Below are positions 35,190-36,031 of a DNA stretch of 36,031 nt, piece by piece. Both the position numbers and the translations under genes were made by a program. How positions within the stretch are numbered: position 1 is the first letter of the stretch; the number at the start of each line of letters is the position of its first letter. The DNA comes from Reclinomonas americana ATCC 50394 (Eukaryota), in contig PS015129.1 of NCBI GenBank assembly GCA_048213135.1, positions 183,898 to 219,928 of the forward strand, written 5' to 3'. The notes under the pieces are model-generated. The model saw nothing but the letters and a program-made list of their open reading frames with translations. It did not search any database and was not told the origin of the DNA.

Positions 35190-35739
35190 ATGGACGAGGG
35201 CGAGAAGCGAAGGAAGAGCGGCGGTGGAGGAGGCGGCAGCACAAGTGGGAGCACGCCAAGGAAGGGCGCGGCGACTGCCGGTGGAGACAGGTCAATTACA
35301 AGAGAAAACCACACCGAGAGAGATTGAGAGGGAGAGAAAGGGAGAGAGTGTTTGCAGGCAGACACACACCAGCTGTGCCTGCGTACTCGAGCCGATCGTG
35401 CTGAGAAAAGAGAGAAGAGGAGGTGGCGAGGGGAGGGCGTGTGGTTGTCTGTGCAAATGGCGCCCATTTGTCGCACATTTCTGACACGCACACACTCTTC
35501 TCCCCCCTTTTTCGCGTTCTATTTTGCCTCCATATTCTTTCCTGCTCATCTACTGCACTCTCATTCTCTCATCTCTCACCTCCCTGGTTGAGATGAAACG
35601 CGCTTCTTTGTGTGTGTTGCTTTTTTCTTGCAACAAAATGACTCACGTTGTTGAGGGTGATTGCATTCATGTTCTGCACAGATATGCACGCGGAACGTGG
35701 TTGGGCGAGGCGTACTTTGAACTGATGGAGAGCAAGGAG
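35190..35739 (+). CDS. First two exons of an unknown gene continuing beyond the window (possibly approaching a BTB domain)
   Basis: MDEGEKRRKSGGGGGGSTSGSTPRKGAATAGGDR (to 35290) joins 35682 in phase 2 to give YARGTWLGEAYFELMESKE|GTGAGT. The BTB suggestion is weak. Confidence 0.5.
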
Positions 35740-35961
35740 GTGAGTGGGCGTCAATTTTGGTGATGGACAAGTGAGAGAGGAGAGGCGGAGAGCAGAACGA
35801 GGAGCAGGGAGGGAGATAGAGAGAGCATGGGAGAGGGTGCAAGGGAGTGTGTTTGACTGTGACGGGTGATGATGTGTGGTTTCTTCGGATCAATGTCGGC
35901 AGTCACTCTGTTTTCTCGCGGATCAGTGTCTGTGATCTCTCTCTCTTCTCTTTCCCTCGTA

Positions 35962-36026
<65 letters not shown>
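35962..36026. repeat. (TG)n microsatellite; similar runs at 26071-26108, 32683-32742 and 20086-20121
   Basis: Directly visible. Confidence 0.95.
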
Positions 36027-36027
<1 letters not shown>

Positions 36028-36031
36028 GACC

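Overview
This is a gappy draft assembly of a compact, GC-rich, intron-dense eukaryotic genome. The organism is probably a flagellated protist with mitochondria, and the species cannot be identified from sequence alone. Most ORF-track entries are antisense or low-complexity shadows, so the real genes had to be assembled by hand across short GT-AG introns (mostly about 55-80 nt). Supported genes are a divergent ARFRP1-like small GTPase, a CEP162-like centriolar protein, a tandem ubiquitin-like protein, a mitochondrial short/branched-chain acyl-CoA dehydrogenase (ACADSB-like), a coiled-coil protein, a non-RD Ser/Thr kinase, a myotubularin with an intact catalytic motif, a probable HARE-HTH + FYR-N chromatin protein, and several fragments. 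The most notable signal is a recurring class of 5' splice sites reading GTTG(A/C)G(T/C). This equals the local donor consensus displaced by one base and resembles the rare shifted-register U1-pairing donors of mammals. It appears about nine times across five genes in this window.
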